The notes under the pieces were generated by a model that was given only the letters and a program-made list of their open reading frames with translations, did not search any database and was not told the origin of the DNA. From NCBI GenBank assembly GCA_049513715.1, contig JBEKVV010000001.1, positions 672,001-736,000 of the forward strand: 64,000 bases of DNA, given 5' to 3'. How positions within the stretch are numbered: position 1 is the first letter of the stretch; each line of letters opens with the position of its first letter. The position numbers were made by a program, and so were the translations under genes. Below are positions 38,717 to 48,270 of the stretch, piece by piece. The DNA comes from Candidatus Bathyarchaeia archaeon. Its GTDB lineage: Archaea; Thermoproteota; Bathyarchaeia; 40CM-2-53-6.

Positions 38717-39682
38717 GTGCCTAAGGCTGAACCAATGCTAGGAGAAATGGTTCGGAAAGCCTTGCGAGGTGAGCGCCGCGCAATTTCCAGGCTAATGTCA
38801 ATCGCTGAAAACGACCCAAGCTCGCGAATTAGGATACTCTCACTTCTATACTGGCGTACGGGTAGAGCGCACATAATCGGAATTACGGGGCCACCAGGTT
38901 GTGGTAAGAGCACTCTGATTGCACAGCTCGCCAAAAGCTACAGTGCGAATGGGTCGACCGTGGGGATCGTTGCGGTTGATCCATCCAGCCAGATAACGGG
39001 AGGAGCTTTGCTTGGCGACCGAATTCGTATGACTGACCTAGCCTGTGACCCTAAGGTCTACATCAGGAGCATGGCTACCAGAGGACACTTCGGTGGCATC
39101 GCTCGCGCAACCGAAGACGCAGTTCGGATACTGGACGCGTCCGCGAAGGATTACATTGTAGTAGAAACCGCTGGAGCGGGCCAATCAGATGTAGACGTCA
39201 AGAGTCTGGCGCACACAACAATCGTCGTCACTGCTCCAGGTTTGGGTGATGAAATACAGGCGCTTAAGGCCGGAATCATGGAGATCGGGGACATTTTCGT
39301 CGTTAACAAAGCCGACAAGGAGAACGCGGACCGAACAGCCCAAGAGATACATTCAATGGTTATGATGACAGAGCCATCAAACGGATGGAGACCTCGGGTT
39401 ATCAAAACTACGGCGTCTTCTGGTGAAGGCTTGGTCGCCCTGATTGAAGCAATCTCTCAACACGCAGAACTCGTAAGAGGTTCTGCGCGAAAGGAAGAGC
39501 AGGAGAACCAGCGATTGCAACGCGACGTTCTCGAAGCCGCAAAGCGGTATTTCGAAGACGTCACATTGCAGAAAATAACATCTACGCGAAGTTTTGATAG
39601 AGTGATGTCTCAAGTTTTAGCTCGAAAATTGGACCCATACACAGCAGCCCGCCGACTTGTTTCGGGACTCTGCAAGGACTAA
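38717..39682 (+). CDS. meaB: Methylmalonyl-CoA mutase-associated GTPase
   Basis: GPPGCGKS, AVDPSS..GGALLGDRIRM, VVNKAD. Confidence 0.95.
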   Translation: MPKAEPMLGEMVRKALRGERRAISRLMSIAENDPSSRIRILSLLYWRTGRAHIIGITGPPGCGKSTLIAQLAKSYSANGSTVGIVAVDPSSQITGGALLGDRIRMTDLACDPKVYIRSMATRGHFGGIARATEDAVRILDASAKDYIVVETAGAGQSDVDVKSLAHTTIVVTAPGLGDEIQALKAGIMEIGDIFVVNKADKENADRTAQEIHSMVMMTEPSNGWRPRVIKTTASSGEGLVALIEAISQHAELVRGSARKEEQENQRLQRDVLEAAKRYFEDVTLQKITSTRSFDRVMSQVLARKLDPYTAARRLVSGLCKD

Positions 39683-39769
39683 TATCGAAGACAAGTGACG
39701 AGTCTCTGTTTAGAAAAGTGTAACGAAAGGCCCTTTATCCTTCAAATCTCTATACGAGAAATAGCTAAA

Positions 39770-39889
39770 ATGTCAAAATCGCAGCAAATCGTTAAGAGCA
39801 CAATCTTAGCGAATACTATTCGGGAGTGTGCTGCTATGGAAGATAATCAGGACGAAGCGCCTTTCTGGGATCCCCCTCGCCCGTGGTAA
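39770..39889 (+). CDS. Possible 39-aa peptide
   Basis: MSKSQQ...APFWDPPRPW; TATA-like tttatc about 30 nt upstream; pyrimidine tract downstream. Confidence 0.4.
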   Translation: MSKSQQIVKSTILANTIRECAAMEDNQDEAPFWDPPRPW

Positions 39890-39960
39890 ACGGCTGACCT
39901 CGCGTGGAACGATCCCCCCTTCCTTTTCTTTTCTGTTTTCTTCGCAAACCGGTTTTACCC

Positions 39961-42114
39961 TCATTTCGTGAGAGCCAAGTATCTTGATTCATCGAATAGC
40001 CATCGTCCATCGTCACTAAACAGATGCCAAGGTGTTGATTCGTCGGGGTCCACAGGCAACCATCTGGCCACTACCCACTCGCCAACGGAGTTCATAGACT
40101 CCGGCTGAGCAAGGCCAGCCCTAACGAGTCTGTCATCAATAGCCTTGAAGAACTGTCGCACTTCCCCATTCGGGCACCAGACGATCGCAAAGAGTCCTTC
40201 AAAATCACCCGTGACTAATCCCCCTCTCCAAGCAGGTAGCAATGACAAAGATTGTGCCAAGGTGCCTGCAACTTGCTTAGAGCAAGTCAATCCAATCATC
40301 CCCCAATCCTCTGCGCCAATTTTGAGTGGCCAAAGAGCATATTTGAATGCCATCTCTCGCAGCATTTTCGACACCTTCTTTCCTATGTATGCGCCGGACA
40401 CATTCAGGGACCGGCCTAGCGCGGAGAATGGCGATCTACAATCGAGTTGGAGATTCAACAATATGTTGAGGTCAAGTTTGTCTAGTTGAATATTCCGTTC
40501 CTGCCTTGCATAGTCCAGGCTACTCGAAGATCCCTTCGCGAGGTTCTCCCGAAGGCCGATTCCCCACGTGTCCCAGTGAACATCCCAACTTGCGCGTTCG
40601 ACGTTATAATTGTCAAAGTTGACTGCTTGAAGATCGCGTTGAAGCTCAAGGATTTTGTATCGAGTTATGACTCTGGTGCCCACCATAGCTTCCATGAACT
40701 CCCTTGTGAAGGCCCTATGTTCGACGGGTATGTCCAGAACTGTGAACAAATCGAATGATCCGTAGGTACGAAATACCTGCCTGCAATAAGGAAATCTCGA
40801 AAGTACACGTATTACATCCGCTTGTTTCGCAGCATTGATGAGGATCAGGTTCTCGATCAAACCCAGTCTCTGCATGTCAACGATAACATTGAACCGCAAT
40901 CCGGCTTTTTTCGACAAGTCCCTTATAGCCTTCATCGCGGTAGGCACACTGACCTTCAACAACCCTGCAGCCTCGCCTGCTTTTACGTCTGGTCGTTTTG
41001 AAAGCAAAACCAGCAGTTCTTTTTCCTGTCGACTAAATTTGGGATTTGTAGGACGAGACGCCAGAGTGTTGAATATGGTGTAGTAATCCGAGACTGTCAG
41101 GCGAATCTCGCCAAATTCATTGAGTCTTGACCAGAGTTCACGGTATAGTGAATCCCCGACCATCATCTCGTAGAAGTGGAAGAAGTCAATCAGCTCATGC
41201 CCGAATACTCTTGTTTGTTTTCTAAGACCGTGTCTTGCTTCTGACCACAATTCTCTATCATTCTTGCGTTCGAACAGTTTGGATGCTAGGTATTCTGCCT
41301 GTTCGCAAAGAACTCTAGGGGCGTTTTCCATCGTTTCGAGATTTCTTGGTGAAAGCAGAATCGCAGCTTCTCGTGCAAGAACTCCTTTCCGCAGGACATC
41401 AAAAAACAACATAGGCGGATTAATGTTCAAGATTCCAATTTTGGGAAACCATTGACTTCCCCATCGCCACGTATCCTCATCCTCTGCAATGTTTGGTGGG
41501 AAGAAGGAAGTAAGCGAGAGCGTTTTCTGGTAGCGCTCGCTTTCCTGCCATGAGAGCCCGATTATGTTTTCGAGTTGTCTAAAGAATGACTTGAATTCCT
41601 GCCTAGCAAGGCTCAATTTGCTGGTGTATTCTGAGCCAAGGTCGATTCTGTCAGTTACGTGGCGCTTCATTGCAGCATTGACCGAGCCCAAGGCTTCGTC
41701 TGGAATCTCAGGAGATAGCGTTTGGTGCAGGGTGGTGGCTGATTGTGTCAGATGCGCTGCCTCAGTAATCTGGACGAGCCGCTTGAAAAATTGCTTGCGT
41801 GCAGCCTCGTTCCTGTATTTAGCCGTAATTTTTGAATAAACTTCAGCCACGCTTTTGGCAAGCACACATCGCAGGTAGTCATCTGAAGCTCGTGCGATTG
41901 TATCTTTGCTTATTTGATCCGTGCTCTGAAGGGGTGTTCGAGTCCGTTTATGTGAAGGCCTCTCTAGTAACAGAAATTGAAGGATTTGTTCGGTTTTTTC
42001 GGGGTTTTGTGGGTTGAAGAGGCTTTGTTGCCTCAGTAGCAGGCTCTGTTTCAGCTTGGCTTCGCTGAGCCAAGTGACGGGGAATGAACTGAGCTGGGTG
42101 CTTGCTTTGGCCAT
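39961..42114 (-). CDS. Large putative transcription regulator with C-terminal tandem Lrp/AsnC-like HTH modules
   Basis: EAAGLLKVSVPTAMKAIRDL; LDKLDLNILLNLQLDCRSPFSALGRSLNVS; TYGSFDL. Confidence 0.7.
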   Translation of the reverse strand: MAKASTQLSSFPVTWLSEAKLKQSLLLRQQSLFNPQNPEKTEQILQFLLLERPSHKRTRTPLQSTDQISKDTIARASDDYLRCVLAKSVAEVYSKITAKYRNEAARKQFFKRLVQITEAAHLTQSATTLHQTLSPEIPDEALGSVNAAMKRHVTDRIDLGSEYTSKLSLARQEFKSFFRQLENIIGLSWQESERYQKTLSLTSFFPPNIAEDEDTWRWGSQWFPKIGILNINPPMLFFDVLRKGVLAREAAILLSPRNLETMENAPRVLCEQAEYLASKLFERKNDRELWSEARHGLRKQTRVFGHELIDFFHFYEMMVGDSLYRELWSRLNEFGEIRLTVSDYYTIFNTLASRPTNPKFSRQEKELLVLLSKRPDVKAGEAAGLLKVSVPTAMKAIRDLSKKAGLRFNVIVDMQRLGLIENLILINAAKQADVIRVLSRFPYCRQVFRTYGSFDLFTVLDIPVEHRAFTREFMEAMVGTRVITRYKILELQRDLQAVNFDNYNVERASWDVHWDTWGIGLRENLAKGSSSSLDYARQERNIQLDKLDLNILLNLQLDCRSPFSALGRSLNVSGAYIGKKVSKMLREMAFKYALWPLKIGAEDWGMIGLTCSKQVAGTLAQSLSLLPAWRGGLVTGDFEGLFAIVWCPNGEVRQFFKAIDDRLVRAGLAQPESMNSVGEWVVARWLPVDPDESTPWHLFSDDGRWLFDESRYLALTK

Positions 42115-42344
42115 GGGGAAATTCCTTTTGTTGGTGAGGCCACTTGGGGTCTTCCCGTTTTGCTCTGCTTATTAGGGTAACACTGGTGAAGATATCGCCC
42201 CTACGTGTTGATGCTTAGACATTGTTGCTGGGGTTACATGATTTTTCATGGAAAGGATAGGGAGGGCTGTAGTTTTGGATACCTCACTCCACGTAATGCC
42301 CATCTTACAGTGTTCTTCAACCGTTGCTGAAACACTTGTGACAC

Positions 42345-43388
42345 ATGGAATCAACATGTAAAATTGAGCAACTCCAAGAACTCTGGCCTCAGGTAGGCAG
42401 TCAACCAACTTCAGAAGAAGAACCACCGAAGAAACGTGTATACGTCTACTATTGCGAGGTCTGTAATTCCGTCTTAGCGTTACGGAGCACGCTGGAAAAT
42501 CAATACCGTTTCCTGTACGCCGCTGCTGACGAGTGTCCAGCCTGCCATTTTCGGTTAGAGTCATCACTCAGATGTCGCGCTGTTACAGCCAGGGTACCTA
42601 GCAATTCACTTTCTGAACCAAGAAAGCAAAACGTTTCACTATGTCGCTTCTCCGGTTTGATGGGGAACAAAGCACACTCGTCGTTAAGCTTTGGCGAGAT
42701 TCTCGGTGAGCTGCGCGCGTATTCGCGGCAGCTTACTCTTCTATACGGAGAAAAAGCATGTCAAACGGTCGCCGAGCAACTTTGTGTTCGCTCGCAGTTA
42801 TCACATGACGAGGGCGGTTTAGATGCAACAAGCGTGTTCATTGACGGAGGGAACACTTTCGACCTATACCATGTATCCACCTACGCCAGTATGTTGGAAC
42901 TAAACCGCGATACTATCCTTCGTAGAATCAAAGTATCCCGTGCTTTCACCTGCTATCAACTAGTAAACCTAGTAGTTGAAAAGCTACCTAAACTTCTCCT
43001 CGAAGAAAAAGCTGGTTTGGTAGTTGTCGCAAACCTTCTGGACATGTTCATGGACCCCGAAATCGATTGGGCAGAAGCAAAGCGTACGATCAATTTCCTT
43101 TCAGGGCGCCTAGCTCGGCTTGCTCGCGAAGAAGACATTGTGTTGGTGGTTACGTGCCCGAAACAAAAAGATGACTGCGACGTTGCCCTACGCCAATTCA
43201 TAGTGAGCCGTGCGCATGTTGTGCTAAGAGCTGAGCAGATGGGACGTGAGCCTAGCTTTATACTCGAAAAACATCCTACCCGAGAATGGCCCACAAAAAT
43301 CAGCAATCGTGGCCAGCAGCCCGGTCGATTAAGTGCCGAGGGGGGGCAGACAACATTGCCTGTCCTGTCGGATTATGCGAGCGTCTGA
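42345..43388 (+). CDS. Inactivated RadA/Rad51-like protein with N-terminal Zn finger
   Basis: VFIDGGNTFD, IKVSRAFTCYQL; Walker A degenerate (LLYGEKA); CEVC/CPAC. Confidence 0.8.
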   Translation: MESTCKIEQLQELWPQVGSQPTSEEEPPKKRVYVYYCEVCNSVLALRSTLENQYRFLYAAADECPACHFRLESSLRCRAVTARVPSNSLSEPRKQNVSLCRFSGLMGNKAHSSLSFGEILGELRAYSRQLTLLYGEKACQTVAEQLCVRSQLSHDEGGLDATSVFIDGGNTFDLYHVSTYASMLELNRDTILRRIKVSRAFTCYQLVNLVVEKLPKLLLEEKAGLVVVANLLDMFMDPEIDWAEAKRTINFLSGRLARLAREEDIVLVVTCPKQKDDCDVALRQFIVSRAHVVLRAEQMGREPSFILEKHPTREWPTKISNRGQQPGRLSAEGGQTTLPVLSDYASV

Positions 43389-43397
43389 GTAGAACGG

Positions 43398-45647
43398 GTG
43401 GTCATTTTGGAAGGCTGGCTCTTCGACCTCTATCCATCTCCTCAAGGGGGGATGGTTCTTTGGCTCATAACGCGTGAAGGTAAACCCATTCGGTTATGGG
43501 ACTCATGGCGCCCCAGCATTTATGCGTGGGCTAAGACCCCTGAGCACCTTCCTTTCATTCGGAACCCTGCTCTTTCCAATGTCGAGCTGGCTGTTGATTA
43601 CAAGTACATAAGCCCGAGTGATTTCGAGCGCTCTAAGGTTCTGCGTTTAACCTTTCAACGTTCAGGCGATATCTCATCTTTCTTGAGAGAAATTGACCCG
43701 ACAAGGTTGACTGATATCCAGTTATTCAATGCCGATGTCCCAACCCCACAACTGTACCTATACGAAAAGAACCTCTTTCCCTTGGCCTTTGTTCGCGCAC
43801 AAGTTGAAAACAATGGCATAGCGTGGAAGCTGCTTGATGATGCAGACTCATCCCAATATGAAACACCCCCGCTGAAAGGCATGAGCATAACGCTTCATGT
43901 GAAAAAGTTCGGGAAAGTACCCGCGTTCAGTGACCCAATTGAATCAATAACGGTCACCGCATCAAGAACGGTTACAAAAATCGACCACGGGTCCGAGGCT
44001 GACAAATTACTTGACCTCGTAAGATCAGTCAAGGAGATAGACCCTGACGTCATTCTGACGAAAAATGGCGACTCGTTCATTTTTCCTTACTTGGTTCAAC
44101 GAGCGCTACAGAATAATGTGCTACCAGAATTGGTTCTTGATCGTGAAGGTAGGCATTTACGGGCACCTAACAAAGATGGAAAATCATACTTCTCATACGG
44201 ACGAATTTACTATAAACCCACTCCAACCCACCTACTTGGCCGGTTACATCTCGACGAGTACAACGATTTCATTTTCGAGGACTGCGGACTTCATGGACTC
44301 TTTGAGATAGCCCGAACATGCCGTACGCCACTGCACCGCGCTTCACGTGAGACTATTGGCACCAACATGACATCCCTCCAGATGTACCAAGCTTTTCGGC
44401 GTGACATACTAATACCATGGAAGAAGAATGAGCCAGAGAATTTCAAGAGCGCATGGGAGCTGCTCAAGGCAGACCGAGGCGGCTTCATATTGGAGCCCAA
44501 GATCGGCCTTTTTGATAATGTCGGCGAAATTGATTTTGCCTCCCTCTACCCCACTCTGATGATGAAGTATAACCTCACACCAGAATGCGTCTCTTGCCGC
44601 TGCTGTGCGCACACCAAAACCAGCGCACAAGTTCCAGAATTGAACTACAACCTATGCGAAAGGAAGATCGGGATAGTTCCGCACACTTTGCGGATACTCC
44701 TCGACAAACGGGCAAAATACAAGGCGCTAATCAGCAAGACGGATGATCCAAAGTCAAGAGCGGTATATGACCAACGCCAAGCTGCACTGAAATGGGCTCT
44801 GGTTTGTTCCTTTGGATATTTAGGGTACAGGAATGCGCGGTTCGGAAAGATAGACGCGCATATTGGCGTTTGTGCCTTCGCACGCAAAGTTCTCCAGGAC
44901 ACAGTTGAAATCGCCCAGAAACGTGGCTTCTCAATAGTTCACGGAATTGTTGACTCAGCGTGGCTGCGAAAAGAGAACGCTGGTGAGGATGACTATGTTG
45001 GGTTGTGTGAAGTAATTGAGCGGAAGTTGGGTCTTCCCATTTCTTTTGAGGGAATTTACCGCTGGATTGTTTTTCTTCCTTCAAAAGTTCACGCAGAACT
45101 CCCCGTGTTGAACAGGTATTATGGAGTTTTTGAGCGTGGAGGAGTCAAAGTCCGCGGAATAGAATACCGTCGGCGCGACGCACCTACTTTCATAAAGAAC
45201 TGCCAGCTCAATGTGATAAATTACTTAGCGGCCGCGCAAAACCGTGCAGAATTTTTCACACTACTCCCGGGCGTTTTTCAGTTAGTTCGTGATTATGTGC
45301 GAAAGTTGAGCAGTGGACAAGTGAACGTTAAGGACCTGTTGATAACTAAACAGCTTTCCAAGAACCCTTCAGAGTACAAACATAAGGTTGTGCAGGCTAT
45401 CGCTGCGAAACAACTAGTTCATGCGGGAGGGCAGGTCTCTGCGGGACAAACTGTATCGTACATGTTACAGAGTGGTGTGGGACCAGAAAACTCCATACTC
45501 CCGGATGAGTTGATTGACGGCCCTGTTCATTATGATGTGAAAAAATACACCGACTTGATGCTCGACGCCGTCGCTGGACTATTAGGGCCAGTAGGATACG
45601 ACAAAGGATGCTTGAAGCAGCTTACATTGCAGGAAAACCCTAACTAA
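43398..45647 (+). CDS. polB2: Family B DNA polymerase, PolB2 group
   Basis: DFASLYP, LKWALVCSFGYLGY, HGIVDS in place of YGDTDS, NRYYG, KVRGIE. Confidence 0.9.
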   Translation: MVILEGWLFDLYPSPQGGMVLWLITREGKPIRLWDSWRPSIYAWAKTPEHLPFIRNPALSNVELAVDYKYISPSDFERSKVLRLTFQRSGDISSFLREIDPTRLTDIQLFNADVPTPQLYLYEKNLFPLAFVRAQVENNGIAWKLLDDADSSQYETPPLKGMSITLHVKKFGKVPAFSDPIESITVTASRTVTKIDHGSEADKLLDLVRSVKEIDPDVILTKNGDSFIFPYLVQRALQNNVLPELVLDREGRHLRAPNKDGKSYFSYGRIYYKPTPTHLLGRLHLDEYNDFIFEDCGLHGLFEIARTCRTPLHRASRETIGTNMTSLQMYQAFRRDILIPWKKNEPENFKSAWELLKADRGGFILEPKIGLFDNVGEIDFASLYPTLMMKYNLTPECVSCRCCAHTKTSAQVPELNYNLCERKIGIVPHTLRILLDKRAKYKALISKTDDPKSRAVYDQRQAALKWALVCSFGYLGYRNARFGKIDAHIGVCAFARKVLQDTVEIAQKRGFSIVHGIVDSAWLRKENAGEDDYVGLCEVIERKLGLPISFEGIYRWIVFLPSKVHAELPVLNRYYGVFERGGVKVRGIEYRRRDAPTFIKNCQLNVINYLAAAQNRAEFFTLLPGVFQLVRDYVRKLSSGQVNVKDLLITKQLSKNPSEYKHKVVQAIAAKQLVHAGGQVSAGQTVSYMLQSGVGPENSILPDELIDGPVHYDVKKYTDLMLDAVAGLLGPVGYDKGCLKQLTLQENPN

Positions 45648-46260
45648 CGATTTGCTGTACAATCTCCCTATGTTGCCCTTCGTCCAGCGTTCCCCGATCT
45701 AACAGCACGTCAGCGATGCGTCGAATGGTTGTAAACGCGTGAAGCTTCACACCAACCTTCGCTAAATTCGCTTCGCCGCCTTGTTTCCTGTCCAAAAGCA
45801 CGACGGCATGCTCAGCTATACCCCCTTCAGCCCGAATGGCGTCGACGGCCTCGATGACGTTCTTTCCTGTCGTGATCACGTCGTCCAAGACCACAACGCT
45901 CTCCCCCGGCCGCAGCAGGCCTTCAATTCGGCGGCCTCGGCCGTGTTCCTTGGGTTCTCTTCTGACATACAGGAAGGGTTTGCTGAGCTTGAAGGCCAGG
46001 ACGGCAGCATAGGCAATGCCCGCGGTGGGAATCCCAGCCAGACGTTGAGCTCTTCTAAGTGGGCCTGCCTCAAGCAATGAACTGTAGAACCCTATCACCC
46101 TTTTGAACGCCTCCGGGTCGCTTGGAATCAACCTTAGGTCAATATAGTAAGGGCTGAGAATTCCGCTTGTAAGTTTGAATGTTCCAAACCGAAGGCTATC
46201 TGTCTTAAGGAGAATGTCGCAGAGTTCGCCTTCCTCGCGGGCCTTAGTAGAGCGTACCAT
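45640..46260 (-). CDS. pyrE: Orotate phosphoribosyltransferase
   Basis: FGTFKLTSG..SPYYID, VRREPKEHG, VLDDVITTG. Confidence 0.95.
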   Translation of the reverse strand: MVRSTKAREEGELCDILLKTDSLRFGTFKLTSGILSPYYIDLRLIPSDPEAFKRVIGFYSSLLEAGPLRRAQRLAGIPTAGIAYAAVLAFKLSKPFLYVRREPKEHGRGRRIEGLLRPGESVVVLDDVITTGKNVIEAVDAIRAEGGIAEHAVVLLDRKQGGEANLAKVGVKLHAFTTIRRIADVLLDRGTLDEGQHREIVQQIVS

Positions 46261-46414
46261 TTGTGGTCGATATCTCTTAGGGGGGTCAGGTGGTTTATTC
46301 TTTTGCAATCAACAGATGGTTAGTCGCTCTGATGGATGCGAGGCCAGACTAAGCTTTAACACAAATACAACAGTCACACTTGAAGCATACAGATCCTGTT
46401 GGAGGAGGCTAGTC

Positions 46415-47626
46415 CTGGTAGAGATTTGGTTGCCCTACGGGTCTTCGGAAATCCCTGCCCGCATTCCCGAAGAAAGACTAGTTGACATCATCAGGCCGCA
46501 TAAGACGAATCAGATTCAAAACTTACAGGAAGAGGTCAAACGACTGATCGAAGCCAACCTTGAGCTGAGAGAGAAGGCCACTAAGGCAGGAAAGATATGC
46601 ATCGCCTTAGGCGCAAGCTCGAACACGCAGGCACTGTGGGATTCAGCAACGAGTTTGGCTCAAGCACTAGTTGACACAGGTGTTTCTTCCACATCTTTCA
46701 CAATGCTTTGCACGCCCGATTCCGGAAAATACGACGCAACCAACTTCCCGGACATCAAGCTTGACTACCATGACCCCACATCTTCCGCGACCAGTTCACT
46801 TGATGGTTTCGAAAGTGATTTCTCGCCAGAAGTCAACACGGCGTTTATGGGAGCGGACTTGAAGATAGTCGTTGGGGAACTCAAACCTCACCATTTCTTT
46901 GGATGCGCCGGCATTTCGGACGTAATATTTCCCGGTTTGAGTTCTGCGGCCTCAGCGCAGGCGCAATTGTCAAACCGGAAGGGTTTGGGGGTTGCGGATA
47001 TCATGAAGGAACGCTTGCGTATCACGAACGCTGTGGAGGATCTCTATGCGCTTGGTTACGTGCTCAATTCAGAACTCGCACCGGCAAAAGTCTCACTTGG
47101 AAATATGAATAGTTGCATGAAGGAATTGAAACCGACACTAGATGATGTCTGTTCATGGGAGATCAAGAAATTCGCCGATATCGCCGTCATCAGTGCCGGG
47201 GGAATGCCTACGGACGAATCTTTACTTCGAGCAGTTGAAACGTTTCCATCAGGACTTGGCATTTTGAAGAGAGATGGCGCGATGATTGTTGCAGCTGAAT
47301 GTACGGGAGGTCATGGTGGTGGAGATTTCTATGGATGGTGCACTGAACGGAAGGAGCCTAGGCACCTTGAAGCCAGGCTGAGACATAACTTCAACTACGA
47401 GGGGTTCAAGGCTGCGTTCTTGATGCGAGCCTTGGAGAACCACAGAATATACTTGGTTTCGACTGTTCCTGATCATTATGTTGAGAACGTATTTGGTATG
47501 AGGGCGGCGCAGACGGTGAATGCTGCGTTGCAGACCCTTCAACGCTCACTTGGGTCTGATTCCACGATATCTGTGATTCCGGATGCTAGCAGAGTTATAC
47601 CAAAGCGCACTCAAACGGACGCCTGA
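46415..47626 (+). CDS. LarA/DUF2088 (lactate racemase-like) family protein, divergent; CTG start proposed
   Basis: EIWLPYG, SAGG.P.D, AAECTGGHG, SVIPDA; GGAGGAGG 6 nt before CTG 46415. Confidence 0.75.
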   Translation: MVEIWLPYGSSEIPARIPEERLVDIIRPHKTNQIQNLQEEVKRLIEANLELREKATKAGKICIALGASSNTQALWDSATSLAQALVDTGVSSTSFTMLCTPDSGKYDATNFPDIKLDYHDPTSSATSSLDGFESDFSPEVNTAFMGADLKIVVGELKPHHFFGCAGISDVIFPGLSSAASAQAQLSNRKGLGVADIMKERLRITNAVEDLYALGYVLNSELAPAKVSLGNMNSCMKELKPTLDDVCSWEIKKFADIAVISAGGMPTDESLLRAVETFPSGLGILKRDGAMIVAAECTGGHGGGDFYGWCTERKEPRHLEARLRHNFNYEGFKAAFLMRALENHRIYLVSTVPDHYVENVFGMRAAQTVNAALQTLQRSLGSDSTISVIPDASRVIPKRTQTDA

Positions 47627-47685
47627 CCGTCGGTTCAAGAAATGTCCTTAAACGATGCTTGTGCATTAGCGGCGGATGGTCAAAA

Positions 47686-48261
47686 TTGCTGGGCAAACTC
47701 AGAGCAAGATACGAAGCAGCCATGCAACCAATCGGCAACCAACTTGGGAGACTAGGCGCTCGGCCGAACATGATAACCACTCTGAGTCTCGCGGTCTCAA
47801 TAGGAGCAGGGATAGCTTACGCACTTATGTTGCCGGTTTTTGGCGCGGTCGGGTTGCTTGCGTCTGGTTTCGTGGATATGTTGGATGGCGCAGTTGCACG
47901 GGCAACTGGTTCTGCAACCAGATTCGGCGCTGTGTATGACCATGTTCTCGACCGGTACGCTGAGTTCGCAGTACTGTTGGGGATTGGGTTTGGGGGGCTG
48001 GTGAATTGGGTTTGGGTGATTTTCTGCTTATTTGGGATGGTGATGGCAAGTTTCACGCGTGCGAAGGCAGAATCAGTCGGAGGACTATCGAGTTGTGCGG
48101 TTGGAATTGCCGAACGACAAGAGAAGATTGTTATTCTATTTATCGGCTCGGTTCTCCAACCGATATTGCCTGTTGCATTAATCGCAGCAGTCATCATTGT
48201 GGGTTTGTTGTCACACATCACGGTCGTGCAGCGACTCTTCTACACGTTCAAACATGCTTGA
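47686..48261 (+). CDS. CDP-alcohol phosphatidyltransferase (archaetidylinositol-phosphate synthase-like)
   Basis: PNMIT, DMLDGAVAR...FGAVYDHVLDR, GIAERQE. Confidence 0.9.
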   Translation: MLGKLRARYEAAMQPIGNQLGRLGARPNMITTLSLAVSIGAGIAYALMLPVFGAVGLLASGFVDMLDGAVARATGSATRFGAVYDHVLDRYAEFAVLLGIGFGGLVNWVWVIFCLFGMVMASFTRAKAESVGGLSSCAVGIAERQEKIVILFIGSVLQPILPVALIAAVIIVGLLSHITVVQRLFYTFKHA

Positions 48262-48270
48262 GGTTTTACG

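Noticed and set aside
46175..46414. Track N-terminal extensions of the LarA-like gene and pyrE
   Set aside because: They overlap each other head to head; better starts exist at 46415 and 46260
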